Origin: Euprymna scolopes
Taxonomy: Eukaryota
Assembly (NCBI GenBank): GCA_053919585.1
Contig: CM132798.1
Reading direction: 5' to 3' (one strand)
DNA: 64,000 bases
How positions within the stretch are numbered: position 1 is the first letter of the stretch; every line of letters starts with the position of its first letter. Both the position numbers and the translations under genes were made by a program. The notes under the pieces were generated by a model. It was not told where the DNA came from. It worked only from the letters and a program-made list of their open reading frames with translations, and made no database searches. Below, piece by piece: positions 11,890-24,842 of the stretch.

Positions 11890-12657
11890 AATGAATTATT
11901 GTTATCACAACAGCTGCTTACCATGAACTTTTCATTGGCAGCAATCATTGGTTTTTACTGGAATTTGGGTGGCAACAAACCCTTCCAAGATCCCAGTCCT
12001 TATCCAGTGGAGGTCTAGTTAGTGCTTTCTCTATTCGGTCTTTTTATCCTCTTTGAACCTTCACAAAAATTTGATGTGGTGCTAGTCAATGCCGACCCAA
12101 TTTTGCAGTTTCAGTTTTCTTGATTTCATATGGTGTTCCTTTCTACCTTCTTATTTTGCTTCTTTTGTAGTTTCCATATGGTCGGTTAGCATTTGTATCT
12201 CATGCGAATTGGTTTCCACATTCAAGGGTGTTCCTTAAGATATCAGCTATTTTTAGTATTACTGTCCGTTGCATAGTCCAAGTCTTTCCATTAATTCTAA
12301 TTTCTCCTAGTCTTTTATCCATGTTTTTTGAGACTGGTCTTGGTATTCCTATAATTGTTGATATTATATTGATTTTATTTATTTATATTTATTTATATTT
12401 ATATTATTATATTGATTTTATTTATGTTCCATATTCCTTTCAGTTCCACATATTTGTTTTGTATTTCTGTCTTTTTGATCTTCACCCTGTGGTTTATTAA
12501 TTATTAGGATGTCTGATAGCCTTGCTTGGATGAGTTTATCTGTTTGCACCTCCATGTCCTAAAGTATTTTACGGTTTTTATTTCCCGGTACTATCTCTGG
12601 TTTGTGCTTGTACCATTTGTTTGCATGCTCAAAGTGCAGTCGTTTGCAAAACTCCTG
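11890..12657 (-). mobile_element. R4/Dong-like RLE LINE 3' fragment
   Basis: FEHANKWYKHKPE...KIL*DMEVQTDKLIQAR.SDI. The 3' tail is shared with the 15065, 50190 and 61870 copies. Confidence 0.75.
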
Positions 12658-13031
12658 TTGTGGGGCCGGTCGTCCAGGGACAGTCGACCCAACAACTAAC
12701 AAGGTAGACATGGGCAAAAGTAAACAGCAAAAAGGCAAAGAAGAATGACAGACAAAGGTTGTTTGGTTAAAGACGAGGGTTTGCCTGGAAGTGAAGTTCG
12801 CTACTGGTAGGTCTCAGGAGGCAAGCAGCAGTGAATCGCATTAGTAGAAAAACTTATTAGCCCTGATAAGGGCTGGTTGTTTAGCCCTGATAAGGGCTGT
12901 TTGAACTGCTGCTGAGATGGCTGCTGCTAGTGCTGCTGGGAATCCTTTGGGTTGTGGATTCGGTTGACGTGACTGGTAGCGTTAGTCGTCACACTTCAGG
13001 AACCTCTTCCTACTCCCCAGGCCGGGCAGTC

Positions 13032-13531
13032 GGCTGGATTTATTTGTTTCCCCACTGAGCAAATTAGGCACAAGGCCATTTTTTAATGTAGAGAGGGGGG
13101 GAGGGGAACAGCTCCCGATGGGTGGGAAATGGAAGCTGGATAGTGACAATTGGTATGAAGGGTTTCCCCTACATTGACCAATACCTGATTGCTACAAGAG
13201 CAATGGCCTTATATGTGGGATCGTCCCCAGATATGGTCTTTGAGATTCATGCCCAGCCCACACAAGGGATGGGCGAAACTGGCTGGATTTATTTGCTTCC
13301 CCACTGAGCAAATTAGGCACAAGGCCGTTTTTTAATATGGAGAGTGTAGGGGAAATGGGGACCAACTCCCCGTGGAGTAGGGGAGCTGGATAGTGACAAT
13401 TGGTATGAAGGGTTTCCCCTACAGTGATATATGTGGGATCGCCCCCACATATGGTCTTTGAGATTCATGCCCAACCCCCGCAGGGGATTATATTTATTTG
13501 CTGTCCACTCAGCAAAATGTGGCACAAGGCC
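13032..13531 (-). repeat. Tandem multimer (249 + 205 bp + partial) of a structured short repeat, same family as 56868-57480
   Basis: Shared tail GGCCTTGTGCCTAATTTGCTC(A/G)GTGGGG..CAAATAAAT, plus the CAAAGACCA-ATGTGGGG hairpin and the CCAGCTCCC/GGGAG(C/T)TGG hairpin. Confidence 0.85.
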
Positions 13532-13789
13532 GGAAAGTGGTAACCCAGCAGGCTCCCCTAAAGGAGGGGCACTCCTGCAATTTTAAAAATTGCCTGAGTA
13601 ACCCCGTCGGCATTCCCCGGTCGGGGCACCTCAGGCAACAAGCAATAAACTTGCCCCACCGGAAAGCCCGGCGGCAAGGCCTGGGAGGGTGGACCTCCTA
13701 GGTATTACCCAGGCGGTGTACCTCAGTCCAACAGGTGCTGGGCCGGTCCCCGGCCCCTCACCTGTTGGTCTGAGTGTCAAGTGACGGAT

Positions 13790-14430
13790 CCTTAACTGGT
13801 ACTATCCAGAGTGATTATGATGAAAGGAGAGAAACTTGGTTTTGGATGCATTAATATTAACTAGTCAACTTTTTCTCCATTGTACCATGTTCTCAAGATC
13901 AAAAGAGAGAGAATCAAAAAAGATCTTGGTCATTGCTGACCTTTGAAGTGTTGCCATAGATTGTGATGTCGTCAGCATAAATGTCTACAAATGATCTAAG
14001 AATGTGATTTGGGAGATTATTGATGAAGATCCGGAAGAGGGTTTGGCCTAGGATGGAACCTTGAGGAACGCCAGTGGTAATACTATGAGTTTCTGATATC
14101 TGCCCATCAATGACTATTCTTATAAGCCTATCAGAGAGAAAAGATTTAGGAATTGAGAGGATATTCCAGCTATTCTATAGCTGGCGATCTTGTGAATATC
14201 TTCATACTAAACTCTATCAAAAGTCTTTGACATGTCAAGAGCTATTGCTCTAGAAACGAAGCCCTGTTGAGCGAGTCACTAATCCTGAGTGATATAACAG
14301 TTAGTTCATCAGCTGTAGATCTCACAGAACAGAAACTATATTGCATATCACTGAGCAGCTTATTTTTTTTTCTGAGGTGGTTGACCATTTCCCTGTTTAT
14401 TGCAGCAATTTACTCATGATGCACAAGAGA
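13790..14430 (-). mobile_element. CR1/L2/Jockey-group LINE RT core fragment
   Basis: ALDMSK.FDRV, GVPQGSILGQTLF, IYADDITIY. Confidence 0.9.
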
Positions 14431-14439
14431 TTGATCTGT

Positions 14440-14850
14440 AATGAGAGACTTCTAAGAGTTCATTTATTCTTCTCAGGTACTCTTTTTCATTATTCTCATT
14501 CATTTCTGTAGATTTAATTGTGTCTATTTTCAAGAACCAAATATTTGTAAGTGTCATCTTCACTAAGCATGCTCATTTGTGTGGTTGGGCAGTTCCATAT
14601 CCTCTGATTCTAGTTTTTCTTTGTCCATTCCTTGCACTGCACACTTTTCCATTCCGAATTCCATTGCAATGTCCTGGCTGAATATTCTGGTTATGGTCAT
14701 CAGCTTTTCCAATTCCATTTTGATTTATGAAAACAGCTTCAGGTTGTCTTGTGTCTGTAAACTTGTATCCAGCATCCAATTTCCTAAGTATGTAGCTGAC
14801 TGGCATCATGATTATGATAAACAGTAGTGATGATAGTGAGTCTCCTTGGA
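14440..14850 (-). mobile_element. R4/Dong-like RT fragment
   Basis: MMPVSYILRKLDAGYKFT followed by FSQDIAMEFGMEKCAV. Confidence 0.65.
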
Positions 14851-15064
14851 AGATATTTTTATCTCAGTCTGATGTTGTGGTCTAGCTGTCAGTTCTTGTT
14901 TCGATGTTTTGTTTTCTTCATAAATAATGTTGTCGGATATTTTTACATTTTTAAGCATACCATACAGCATTATGTTGTAGGTTATATTGTACTCAATCTA
15001 TGCTGTGGCCATGATTTTTTCTGCCTTTTTTTTTTTTTGGTTTTTGGTACTCACTCGGCGTTCT

Positions 15065-15845
15065 CACAAGTCATCATTAGAGCTTACTCACTGACAATAA
15101 CCGGTGGTGTTCCCTGGAGTCTGAGTGACAACAAGTGTTCCTAGATTTCCATTGCTCTCTACCTCTTTAATTAACCTTTGCAAAAGAATTTATATCATCA
15201 TAACAGCAGTTTTCCCTTGATTTCTTGTTGGCAATGACCTTTGGGCTTCATTAGAATTTGGATGGCAATAAATCTCCCCTAGGTTCCAATTCTCTTTTCA
15301 CTCATCCAGTGAAAGTCTGTTTAGTGCTTCCTCTCCTTGGTCTTTCTATCCTCCTCGACTCTTCTTGACTATTTGGTGCAGTGCCAGTTGATGTCAAAAC
15401 TACATTACTTTTTAGATGGAGGGATAGTTAATTTACAATTTTGTGTTCCTCTATCGTTTTTTTTTTTTACTTCTGTTGCAGTTTCTATATGGCCGATGAC
15501 TCCATGCATCTGCATTCAAAGGGTTTCCTTAATATTTCAACCGTTTTCATTATTGTTATCTGTTGTATCTTCTCAGCCATCCTCCCTGATTCCAATTTCT
15601 CCCATTCTTTTTTCAAAGTTTTTCGATATTGTTCCTAGGGTTCCTGCTATTATTGGTGTTATCTTGACTTTCTTCTTGTTTCATATTTCTTTCAGCTTAC
15701 AGACCTGTTCCGTGTATTTGCTCTGTTTCACCTTGAGGTCTGCTGAAACAGCAAAATCTACAATCTGGCACGTCTTTTCCTTCTTGATAACTATTATGAC
15801 ATCCGGTTTTCTAGCTTGGATGGATTTATCCGTTTTTATGTCTAT
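15065..15845 (-). mobile_element. R4/Dong-like RLE LINE 3' end
   Basis: TDKSIQARKPDVIIVIKKEKTCQIVDFAVSAD, IIAGTLGTISKN, plus the family 3' tail. Confidence 0.8.
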
Positions 15846-15879
15846 TATTAGTATTAGTATTAATGAATTACTGAGGATT

Positions 15880-16125
15880 CTTACACAGGTATGGCTGACG
15901 GAACAAGGGCATATTACCCCTGTGGATTAAATAAGGAGTTCTGTTTGAAATTCCATGTAGACTCCTGAGAAAGACTCTCGAGTTTTACAATATACAACTG
16001 AAGAAGGTCGGGGGTTACATCGGCCGAAACGTGAAAATAGCACTCAAGATGAGAACAGTCTTAATGAAAACCAATAAAATGAAATTAGAAACATTTTTGA
16101 AAAGTTTCAAACCTCAAATAAATTA
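15880..16125 (+). repeat. Family-Y hammerhead-bearing repeat (single arm)
   Basis: CTGAAGA A GGTCG...CGGCC GAAAC GTG at 15998-16033, followed by the family tail CAAGATGAGAACAGTC. Confidence 0.75.
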
Positions 16126-16329
16126 ATTGAAATTCAATAAGATGCAATAACATTTATAGGATTAAATTTTAATAGTAAACTTTACTTATTTAAAATGAAA
16201 TCGAGTGGGAAATTAATCAAAACAAATTATTTTGCTTCATCTACAGACATATTTGTGTTCAATTTTCTTTTTCAATATTTAATAGAAAATATAAGTATGT
16301 TAAGTTACTGTCAGTAATAAGGAATCAGA

Positions 16330-16635
16330 CATCTTGTTTTTTTTTCAAGAATGTGCCTAAATCTAAACACAGCTTCCATGAACAGAGCTTCTTTTTTAGA
16401 ACTGCTCACCAGTGGAACACTGTTCCACTGGCTTGCTTCCCGGCCGACTACAATATGGTAGTCTTCAAGTCCTATGTAAACAAGTTCTTGTTGAGCTGTC
16501 CTCTTAAATAATCCAAATTCTACCCAGTCTACACCATTAACCATTACTACACTACCACCTTAAGGTCATTAACTTTTATCCACGAGTGGCCGTCAGGCCT
16601 TGATAGGTTGTGATTTCCCTGTAAACAAAAAAAAA
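16330..16635 (+). mobile_element. LINE family B 3' end, degenerate
   Basis: Similar to the reverse complement of 28875-29140. 3' UTR TTATCC.CGAGTGGCC...GGCCTTGATA followed by an A-tail. Confidence 0.8.
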
Positions 16636-17207
16636 AGTATTAAATCGCAAGGTAGTAAAATAAATGTCATACTGAAAACTCACTTTTTATTTTATTTATC
16701 TTAGTTCCTTCTAGTCCAGTATATTATTTTCTGAAATAATAAAATATCTGAATCCTTATTTCTTTACTCACAACTAATATTTACATTTAATGAAAATACA
16801 TTATAAATAAGTAAACCAAAATATATTGGGTTGATAACCACGGTGAAAAAAAACAAAAACAACTCCAAGAATACGAAACCACCGACAGAGTCAGTAACTT
16901 TTCTCCTTTCTTTTCTTGGAAAAGAAAGGAGAAATGTTGCCTTCCAAACAGTCAAGATGAGAACAATAGTCCGATCAAAGCAAGTAATACAAACAATCAA
17001 CCCTCATCTAAAAAAATTTAATTACATTTTATTGTTCTTAATAACATGTTCCAACGATCCACTAAAATAACTGACAAACCAGAATGAAATATTGATTTCA
17101 TAGGAATAAATCTATCGATGACAAAAAATTAAGAAAGTTGCTGATTTTATTTTACATATTAGAATATTCTAAGCAGAAACGTGCAGAGAACTTCCCCAGC
17201 ACAGGTG

Positions 17208-17238
<31 letters not shown>

Positions 17239-18099
17239 GATAAAAATATAGTAATGGTGGAGCCTATAATACATTCCTCTGAAAAGGGCACTTTTAAAAC
17301 ATGAGTAAAAGGGACAGGTGCACCTTCCTGATTATAAGTATATCAGATATTGATACTTATTCGATATCCATATGAAATGTTTTTATACATAGCCTGTCTT
17401 AAACCACAAAACCACTAAACATTAAAACTATGATACATATTAACAAGCAAAGATAGTCCACGTGTGTGACAGCCAATCTGCGTATCTCTCCCGCCGTCTT
17501 CGATTTCTCTTCTGAACACGTGTTATCTCTCAGTCGGTCCACAGTATTGGCGATGATCCGAAACATAAAGTCAATATACAGATTGGACAGAGGACAAAAG
17601 AATTATTAAATGCAGAACATGCCGTGCTTTTATCGGATGCCTGGCAACCCCAAAGTATGATAACAGTATCGCTTTTTTTCTTTTCTTTTTTTTATCAGAA
17701 TCAATTTTCCATTATTGTATTTCTTTTTTCTTTTTTTTTTTACTTCCCACTTACTTGATCAGAGTGCTTTAAAAAAAGAAAAAGAAATTAAAAAAAAAAG
17801 AAGAGACGAACTCTCAAGGTAGTATGCTTTATATCAGCGGCCAATGAATTTTTAGACTGGTCAGTGTTTGCTCTATTAAAGCAAAGCTTCTTAAAAGTGG
17901 TTTTTCGAATTCTTTCTAGAATGAAGTACTTACAGAAGAAATGAAAATTATACCTGGTCTGGTCTTCGTCTTGGATGGACTGAGCCAACTTCCTGAAAAG
18001 AGAAAGTTTCTAGCAAATATCAAATTCACATGTATATATCTGTTAAAAAAGATAACATACAGTGCCTAGTACCGTGGCCTTCATAATACATGTCATTAA

Positions 18100-18215
18100 T
18101 ATATTACGAATGTCACGCTAGTACTCCCAAATGGTTAACCATCTGGCACTAATGAGGTTCACTGTTGCATAACTAATAGTGCGAACATGATTTCATGTGT
18201 TCACTGCACCGGCCG
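18100..18215 (-). pseudogene. 5S rRNA-derived sequence (SINE head or pseudogene)
   Basis: Reverse strand AGTTATGCAACAGTGAACCTCATTAGTGCCAGATGGTTAACCATTTGGGAGTAC resembles the 5S box A-IE-box C region. Confidence 0.6.
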
Positions 18216-18663
18216 CGATCGTCTCATTTGTTTTACCGGTTCAAGGTTGTCTGATCCATTCAGCCCTGCAACAAAGGAATTCTCACTCCAGAACAAAAAC
18301 CACAAGTCCAGTTAATAAGCATAAAATAATGTTTATTTCTTTGGATAATACAAGTGGTATTCGCCTTCCCAAAGTTGAATGGCACACTTGAAGAAGCAAG
18401 AGTTTTGCTTGACAAAACCAGAACACATGCAAGTCTCATTATTTCAACCACCAGACCCCGAGGAACTTAAACTGTCTGGAGAAGCACACTTCCCAACTGT
18501 TTGGTATCTATCAGAAAAATTAACTGCCTTTTTCAAAAATTTAGCTTCCACTCCCACTCTAACTCCACTTGCTTCTATTTTTCCTCTTTTTCCTCAGACC
18601 TTGGAAGGCTGGCTATAATCGCCCTCCCGCTTCCAATCTCCTGGAATTTTTTCACATCTGGTA

Positions 18664-19268
18664 TTTTTTTTTTTATTACATACATTTTTTTTATTATTAC
18701 AAACAAGGCACAGTGTCACTTTGATGTACAGGGCTATCAGGGACATAAGTTGCCGGGATACTATGTAGGAAGTTGAGCAGCAAGATGTTTGTTTAGTACA
18801 GTTGGGGAAGTAGGAATCTGGAAGAGAATTCCAGAGTCTAGCAGTTCTGGGGAAGAAACTATTAGAGTAGAAAGCTTTCTTACATCTAGGGATCTCTACT
18901 GTGTAGGGGTGAGACTTGACAGAGGTATTCATGTCGAGGGGGTACAAGGGCTTCTAAATGTCTTAAATTTTTGCAGTCATTAAAAAAAGGAAGGCATATT
19001 ATCAGAGCATCTACCATTAAAATATTTGTAAAACAGGCAGAGAGATGCAACATTTCGTCGGTGGGACAGAGACTGAAGCTTAGGTGGCAGTTCAGGACCT
19101 ATCAGATTGATGACTCTCTTTTGAACCCTGTTCAGGAGTGAAGGACTAATAGCAGATGCACCAGCCCAAATGTGACAACAATACTCCATACATGGGCGAA
19201 TGGTCACCTTGTAAAGGTACAGGATATTTATAGGCGTAAGTAACTTTCTAGCACAGTAGAGAGAGACA
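18664..19268 (-). mobile_element. LINE family A 3' fragment
   Basis: TIRPCMEYCCHIWAGAS...LQSLSHRRNVASL; SNSFFPRTARLWNSLP; 3' UTR and tail. Confidence 0.9.
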
Positions 19269-19919
19269 ACATTTATTGGGTTAGTTACTAAAGGTTATAT
19301 ATCTACTGAAAAGAAAAGGACATTACTATGCTTTCCATATTGTTGTTACTGGAAAAGGGGTAAGTAAAATTCATGCGGTGGAAGCAACTAAACTTGCAAC
19401 TGGTTGGTCTGAGGGAGAGGAGTTAATATATGGTTGAAATATTGCTTATATCTTAGTTTAGGAATCGAATAGCATTGTTAAGGTATGATTCAATTGATAA
19501 TAGGGATTAAAATAAAATTTGATGCCCAAACTCTGAATATTTGAGACGATGAGAGGGATGATAAAATGTGTCTATTCAATATAAAATATAGTAGCGATAT
19601 ATCTATGATTTGAAGTAGAATTCAGTACAGGTATAACTGGGAGTAAAGTATTAGCTATGGCGAATTCAGTATTTATAATTAAGTATAAATAGAAATATGG
19701 ACAAATTTACAGTAGATATGAACATATAGAAATTTTAGATATTAAGTATATACTTAAATAAAGTTTTTTTGGCTTCTAATGTTTAATGATAAAATTCCCC
19801 TTTCATTAGAATTTGGAGATGTATTTTGTATAACAATGAATATCGGCTCAATTTTTTAAATTAATTTGAATTAGAAGAAATGGTCTGAAATAAGGTTAAA
19901 AATACAATATTAGTATATA

Positions 19920-20996
19920 CTAGACCACCCGTAACCCGTTGGGTCAGTACGTTATATTAGCTATGGAATTCATGTATGAGCGTGACACTTGTGGCATAAA
20001 GAAAATAGTTTTTTTTTTACATAACAGAAGCATTTCTATGAAAGTATATTAAAATGAAAAAAGAATATAGATAGATTTCTATGAGTCGTTCTGTTTATTA
20101 TAATTGTTATTTTTTTTTAAATTACAGTCACTGAATTATAAGTGGTTGGTCATACTTATGCACTGAACAGGTATCATAATCCTTATTATAGTTAAATTCA
20201 AATTTTGATATATCATCTTTTAAATGAAATTGTTAGTTGAAAGTACAGAATAATAAAAAAAACACTCTCCACATGTTAATAATGGCTTTTTAAATAGAAA
20301 ATGAAAATAAAATGTAACTTTTTTCATTTAATTTAAGCAAACATTCAGTACCCATTGTGTAAAGGAAAACACTATTTAATGTAATAGAAATGTGTGCATT
20401 TACCGATTCAGCTTTCCGTTTGGAAATGTAAGCAGACGACTTTAAAAAACATGGGAAGAAGAAAAAGAAATATTTTTGTAATAACGCCCTCTAGTAAAAA
20501 GGTCTGCATTAGTTAAGGGGGATAACTCTATCCAGTTTTACATCGGTTACCTTTTTCTCTCTCTCACACATACACGTAACTATTTCTCGCGTACGTAACG
20601 AAAACAGAGGGAGTAGGAGTGTTGAAATCTATGAGAGTGAAAGTGAGAGGTGTTTTCTTTGAAACTGCGACAGACTTCACGAAGTTGAATGTTTTTAGCC
20701 GTTAAAAAAAACAAAAAAAACTACGGTTGATTTTATAAAATTATTTATTTATAATGACATGAATTAAAGATTTCTCGCGTACGTAACGAAAACAGAGGGA
20801 GTAGGAGTGTTGAAAAAAAACAAAAAACTATTTGATCAAATTAAATGAAATTGTTTGTATTAAAAGCGATATAAAAATTCCGGAATTGGAATAACGGATT
20901 GAAGACGTTGCTATTTACGCATGCGCAACCGGATGTTGAAAACCGGAAATCTGATTGCAAACATACAAGACCCATAGACTTTTAGTATTATATAGA
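19920..20996 (-). mobile_element. Non-autonomous Helitron
   Basis: Minus strand runs A|TCTATATAATAC ... weak hairpin ... CTAG|T. An internal ~45-bp direct repeat lies at ~20582 and ~20770. Confidence 0.6.
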
Positions 20997-22059
20997 TTAG
21001 GATTCAAACATTGTGGTAAGGTGAGATTAAAGGGTTTAAAAGAAGTTTAGATAATGTCTAAAAGCGCAGAAACATATGCAGTGATTTGAAGTCAGAATAA
21101 TTATCTATTTGCAACTGGCAAAGATTTTACCGATTTAGTGGTGAAGGCATTCAATTGCAGGCATTTATACAAGAGAGAATGGAACAGAAACTATAAAGGA
21201 AGAAAGAATATATGATCGTTTAGGGCTGTTTTCTTTCTTAGTAGAATGGACAACATGTATGAATGTTTAGGAATTAAATGATTACTAGAAAATAAAATTA
21301 ATACAAACAAAATTAACATAAAATAAAAATAAAATGAAATTAAGGAAAGAAAAATAATGATAATAAAATAATAAACTAGTTTAGATCATTTTAAATCTAA
21401 GTACAAACTATGGCTAATAGGTATCTATTTTATAGATAAGTTATAGAATACAAATATAAGTTAAGCTAATGCATGCCTTAGCAGTAGAAACCTATGGATG
21501 TTCAGTATTTATCGATTTTGAAATGTTCAGCCTTCTAAAGTTTAGGACCGAAAACTAGACTCCTCTCCCAATGTACGAACAAAGTATATGATTTTATATG
21601 TTAGTGATCACCATTTGACCGCCCATAAGTTGACTATTGAAGATAACGATCAAACACTATTTAAAGGTGCTTATCTGGAACCCATCTAGAAAAATGACCT
21701 TTCTCATGCATGTCGGTTCCAGCATAACTTTCCCGTTGAAGCATCAAACTGCCAGTTTTTGCTGCTAGTTGGACAAATCGAAGGTATTTTCATTGAATGA
21801 GTGCAAGTGCTGTAAATTCATCAGAACTTGTGAAAGAAGCACAGGGATGCAACACTACATGTCAGAATATGTCATGAACAGGAAGTCTGAAGTGAGATGT
21901 GGTGAAGAAGATAGAAAAAATATTGCTTTCAGCAGGCGAGCTGAAAACATTTTTTTTTTTAAGCTTTATCTCCACATGTATTCTCTCCTAAAGAGTGGGT
22001 GAGGAGAAGTTTATGTAATATGTAAATTTACACTGCTGCCAAACAATTAAGCAAGAATA

Positions 22060-22857
22060 GTAAATGGATGTTAAGATTTAATGATAGTAAGACTAAACTT
22101 CTCTTCTCTAACAATTACAAGAAGCCTTTCCAACCATCGATATCCATGACAAATAACTCCCTACCTGAGAAGTCTCCCTTCAAACTCCTGGGTTTAACAT
22201 TTACAGGAAATATGGACTGGAACAAATACATTGAGAACATTGTGAAGGCTGCTGCAAAGAAGTTGGGTTCCCTTTATCGTACTAGAAAAGTACTCACATT
22301 TGAGAGCATCCTGTACCTCTATAAGGCCACCATTCGCCCATGAATGGAGTATTGTTGCCACATCTGGGCTGGTACATTTTTAGATTGAAAACTCTTTTTT
22401 GGACCCTATCCAAAAAGGAGAGGCTAGTGATAGATGCAGGTCCCATTTTGTCAACTAGGCTCCAACCCCTATCCCATCGCCACAATGTTGCATCTTTGTG
22501 CCTGTTTTACAAATATTTTAATGGAATATACTCTGCTGAACTCCTTACACTTGTGCCCCTCGATGTACATATCCCCAACAAACCAGCTTAGCAACAAAAT
22601 CACACCCCTTCACTGTTAAAGTCCCTAAATGCCAGAAAGCTTTCTACTCTAATAGTTTCTTCCCTCAAACAGCTAGACTTTGGAATTCCCTTCCTGCTAC
22701 CTGCTTTCCTGACTGTACTGATATGCAGAAGTTCAAATGTAATGTAAACAAACATCTTGTTAATCTCTCTTAGGCATGGTCCCAATTAGTAGCCCCTTAC
22801 ATCCAAGTGGCGATATGCCTTGTTTGGGGGTGAACGTGAGAAAAAAAAGAAAAAAAT
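22060..22857 (+). mobile_element. LINE family A 3' fragment
   Basis: FNDSKTKLL...LLGLTFTGNMDWNKYI...YKATIRP; 3' UTR and A-tail. Confidence 0.9.
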
Positions 22858-23156
22858 AGAAATCACATAATATTTTTGCTTCATCTTCATCCTTAAACAT
22901 AATTGATACATGAGTCTGCGATGCAGATAGAAAGTGTTAAGTAAGCACGTTTTGTATTTCATGCATAAAGATTTGCATCTATTCATGAGATCTCATTTTA
23001 TAAATATTTTAAAATCATTTGGTGTCAATTGTTTCTTTCAGAAATGATTCCTGATTGTTTTTGTGTCTGCTATTATAATTCAGAGGTTCTTAGAATTTCT
23101 GATTACGTTGACAATCATTAAGGCTGTACATCATTTCTTGATAGCTTCTCAGTATA

Positions 23157-24242
23157 TATGAAGGGCATTCAATAAGTAATGCCCCTCACTCACTTCTCAT
23201 AGAAATAGAGCAACTAAACCTGGTACTGTTATTAGTCTTTTTACATAGGAATCATCCAAAATTACCCTTTTTCTTTCACACTGTTTTTGTAGAATATCCC
23301 AGATTGGTCTTCCAACCACAACGTGACTTTGGAAACCATGGCTGCATCATCTGCGAAATGCTTATTCAAAATGAACTTCATGGCTGGGAAAAGGTGAAAG
23401 TCAGAGGGCGCAAGGTTAGGAGAGTAGGGAGGATAGCTTTGCTGCTTCTGATTTCTGATAGCTTCTCTTAATTTCTTCAAAAGAGAATCATAATAGGCTC
23501 ATGCAATGTTGGCACGTTTTACCAGGAAATCTGTTATCAGTTCTCCATACTGGTCCTAGCAGCACCTTTGCCTTCTTTGGAGGTGGTGAGTCCATATACT
23601 TACACTGCATTGACTGAGCTTTGGTCTCTAGATCATAGTGATGGACTCAGATTTCATCCTGTGTAACCGGTTTTTTAAAAAATTTTGACTCATCTACTTG
23701 GCACATCTCCAAATCCATTCTTGAGCACTCTGTGCATTCTTGCTTCTGTAAAGGTGTCAACAATCTCGGAATCCATCTGGCAGACACCTTATGCATATAC
23801 AAATGGTCATGAATTATAGTTTCTACAGACCCTGTGCTAATCGTGATTCCTTGGGCTTTTTCAAATAGTCATGTGTCGATCTTCCAAATGGTAACCTCAA
23901 CTTGACTGTCAGATGCCTCATTAATGGACGATGGAGGGCGATCTGATTTGTACAGGGTCATACTATGGGTCTTCATTACCATACGTTTCTTTTATTTCAT
24001 CACAAGTATCCTGTCGTGCATGTTCTTTCAAATATGAAAACAAAACCGGATCACTGCATGACACTGAACAGGCTTCATTTTATACCTAACTCAATTCAAA
24101 CACCTGTAAGTCAAAAACCACAATTAGTTCTTTAATTTGCTACATAATTCATAGGGATATAAATCATTGCACATGGAAAATTTCAGCTGGATCAAATGAC
24201 TGGAAGCGAGTCAGTGGTATTACTTATTGAACGCTCATCATA
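23157..24242 (-). mobile_element. Degenerate mariner transposon with TIRs
   Basis: PPYSPNLAPSDFHLFP. TIRs TGAAGGGCATTCAATAAGTAATGCC / GGTATTACTTATTGAACGCTCATCA with TA flanks. Confidence 0.9.
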
Positions 24243-24842
24243 TTCTTTCTTTTTGTTTCTTTTAATTTTACTAATTCATTATTAAAATATGTACAGTAAA
24301 AACCCGTTTTTGTTAAATTCATTTGCCTGACCCAAATACATTAGGGGTTCAAAGATTGTAGCTGGGTAGCCCAGCTCTGGAGACATTAGTTTTATTTTGT
24401 CCTCTTACTTGAAATGTTGCCAGAATAATATGTATACCTAATCGCTTTTAACAGCAGTAACATATTTAATAAAATTAAAACATTTATATTCCATTAAAAA
24501 GTGTGTAGGAATTTCAATTCAAATTTGACATTTTTTTAAAGATGTGCTAAAAGTGAAGTTTCAATATTTTTATTTTCAAAGGGGACATATTAAAATCTGG
24601 AGCTTAAGTGTGCCATCCTTAATGTGACTCACAGTTCTTTGAAAAAATTGAATTTTTAAGAATCTTACTTAATTTGTGTCTTATACCTCTCAATTTAATT
24701 TCATGTAAATCGAAAATATTTGAATTTTCAAACGTTATCATGTGTTAAAATGTGTTACACTGGTTCAAACTTAAACTCTGTCAAACTTTCACTCTTTTTA
24801 AAATAGCTAATTGATGTAAAACTTGAAGCAAAGAATTTAATG

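Noticed and set aside
13240-13290. Hammerhead on + strand (GCCCAGCCC/GGGATGGGC followed by GAAAC)
   Set aside because: No CTGANGA box precedes the stem, and the neighbouring unit lacks GAAAC.
15337-15930. 197-aa + strand ORF
   Set aside because: It is the antisense frame of an R4/Dong-like LINE fragment.
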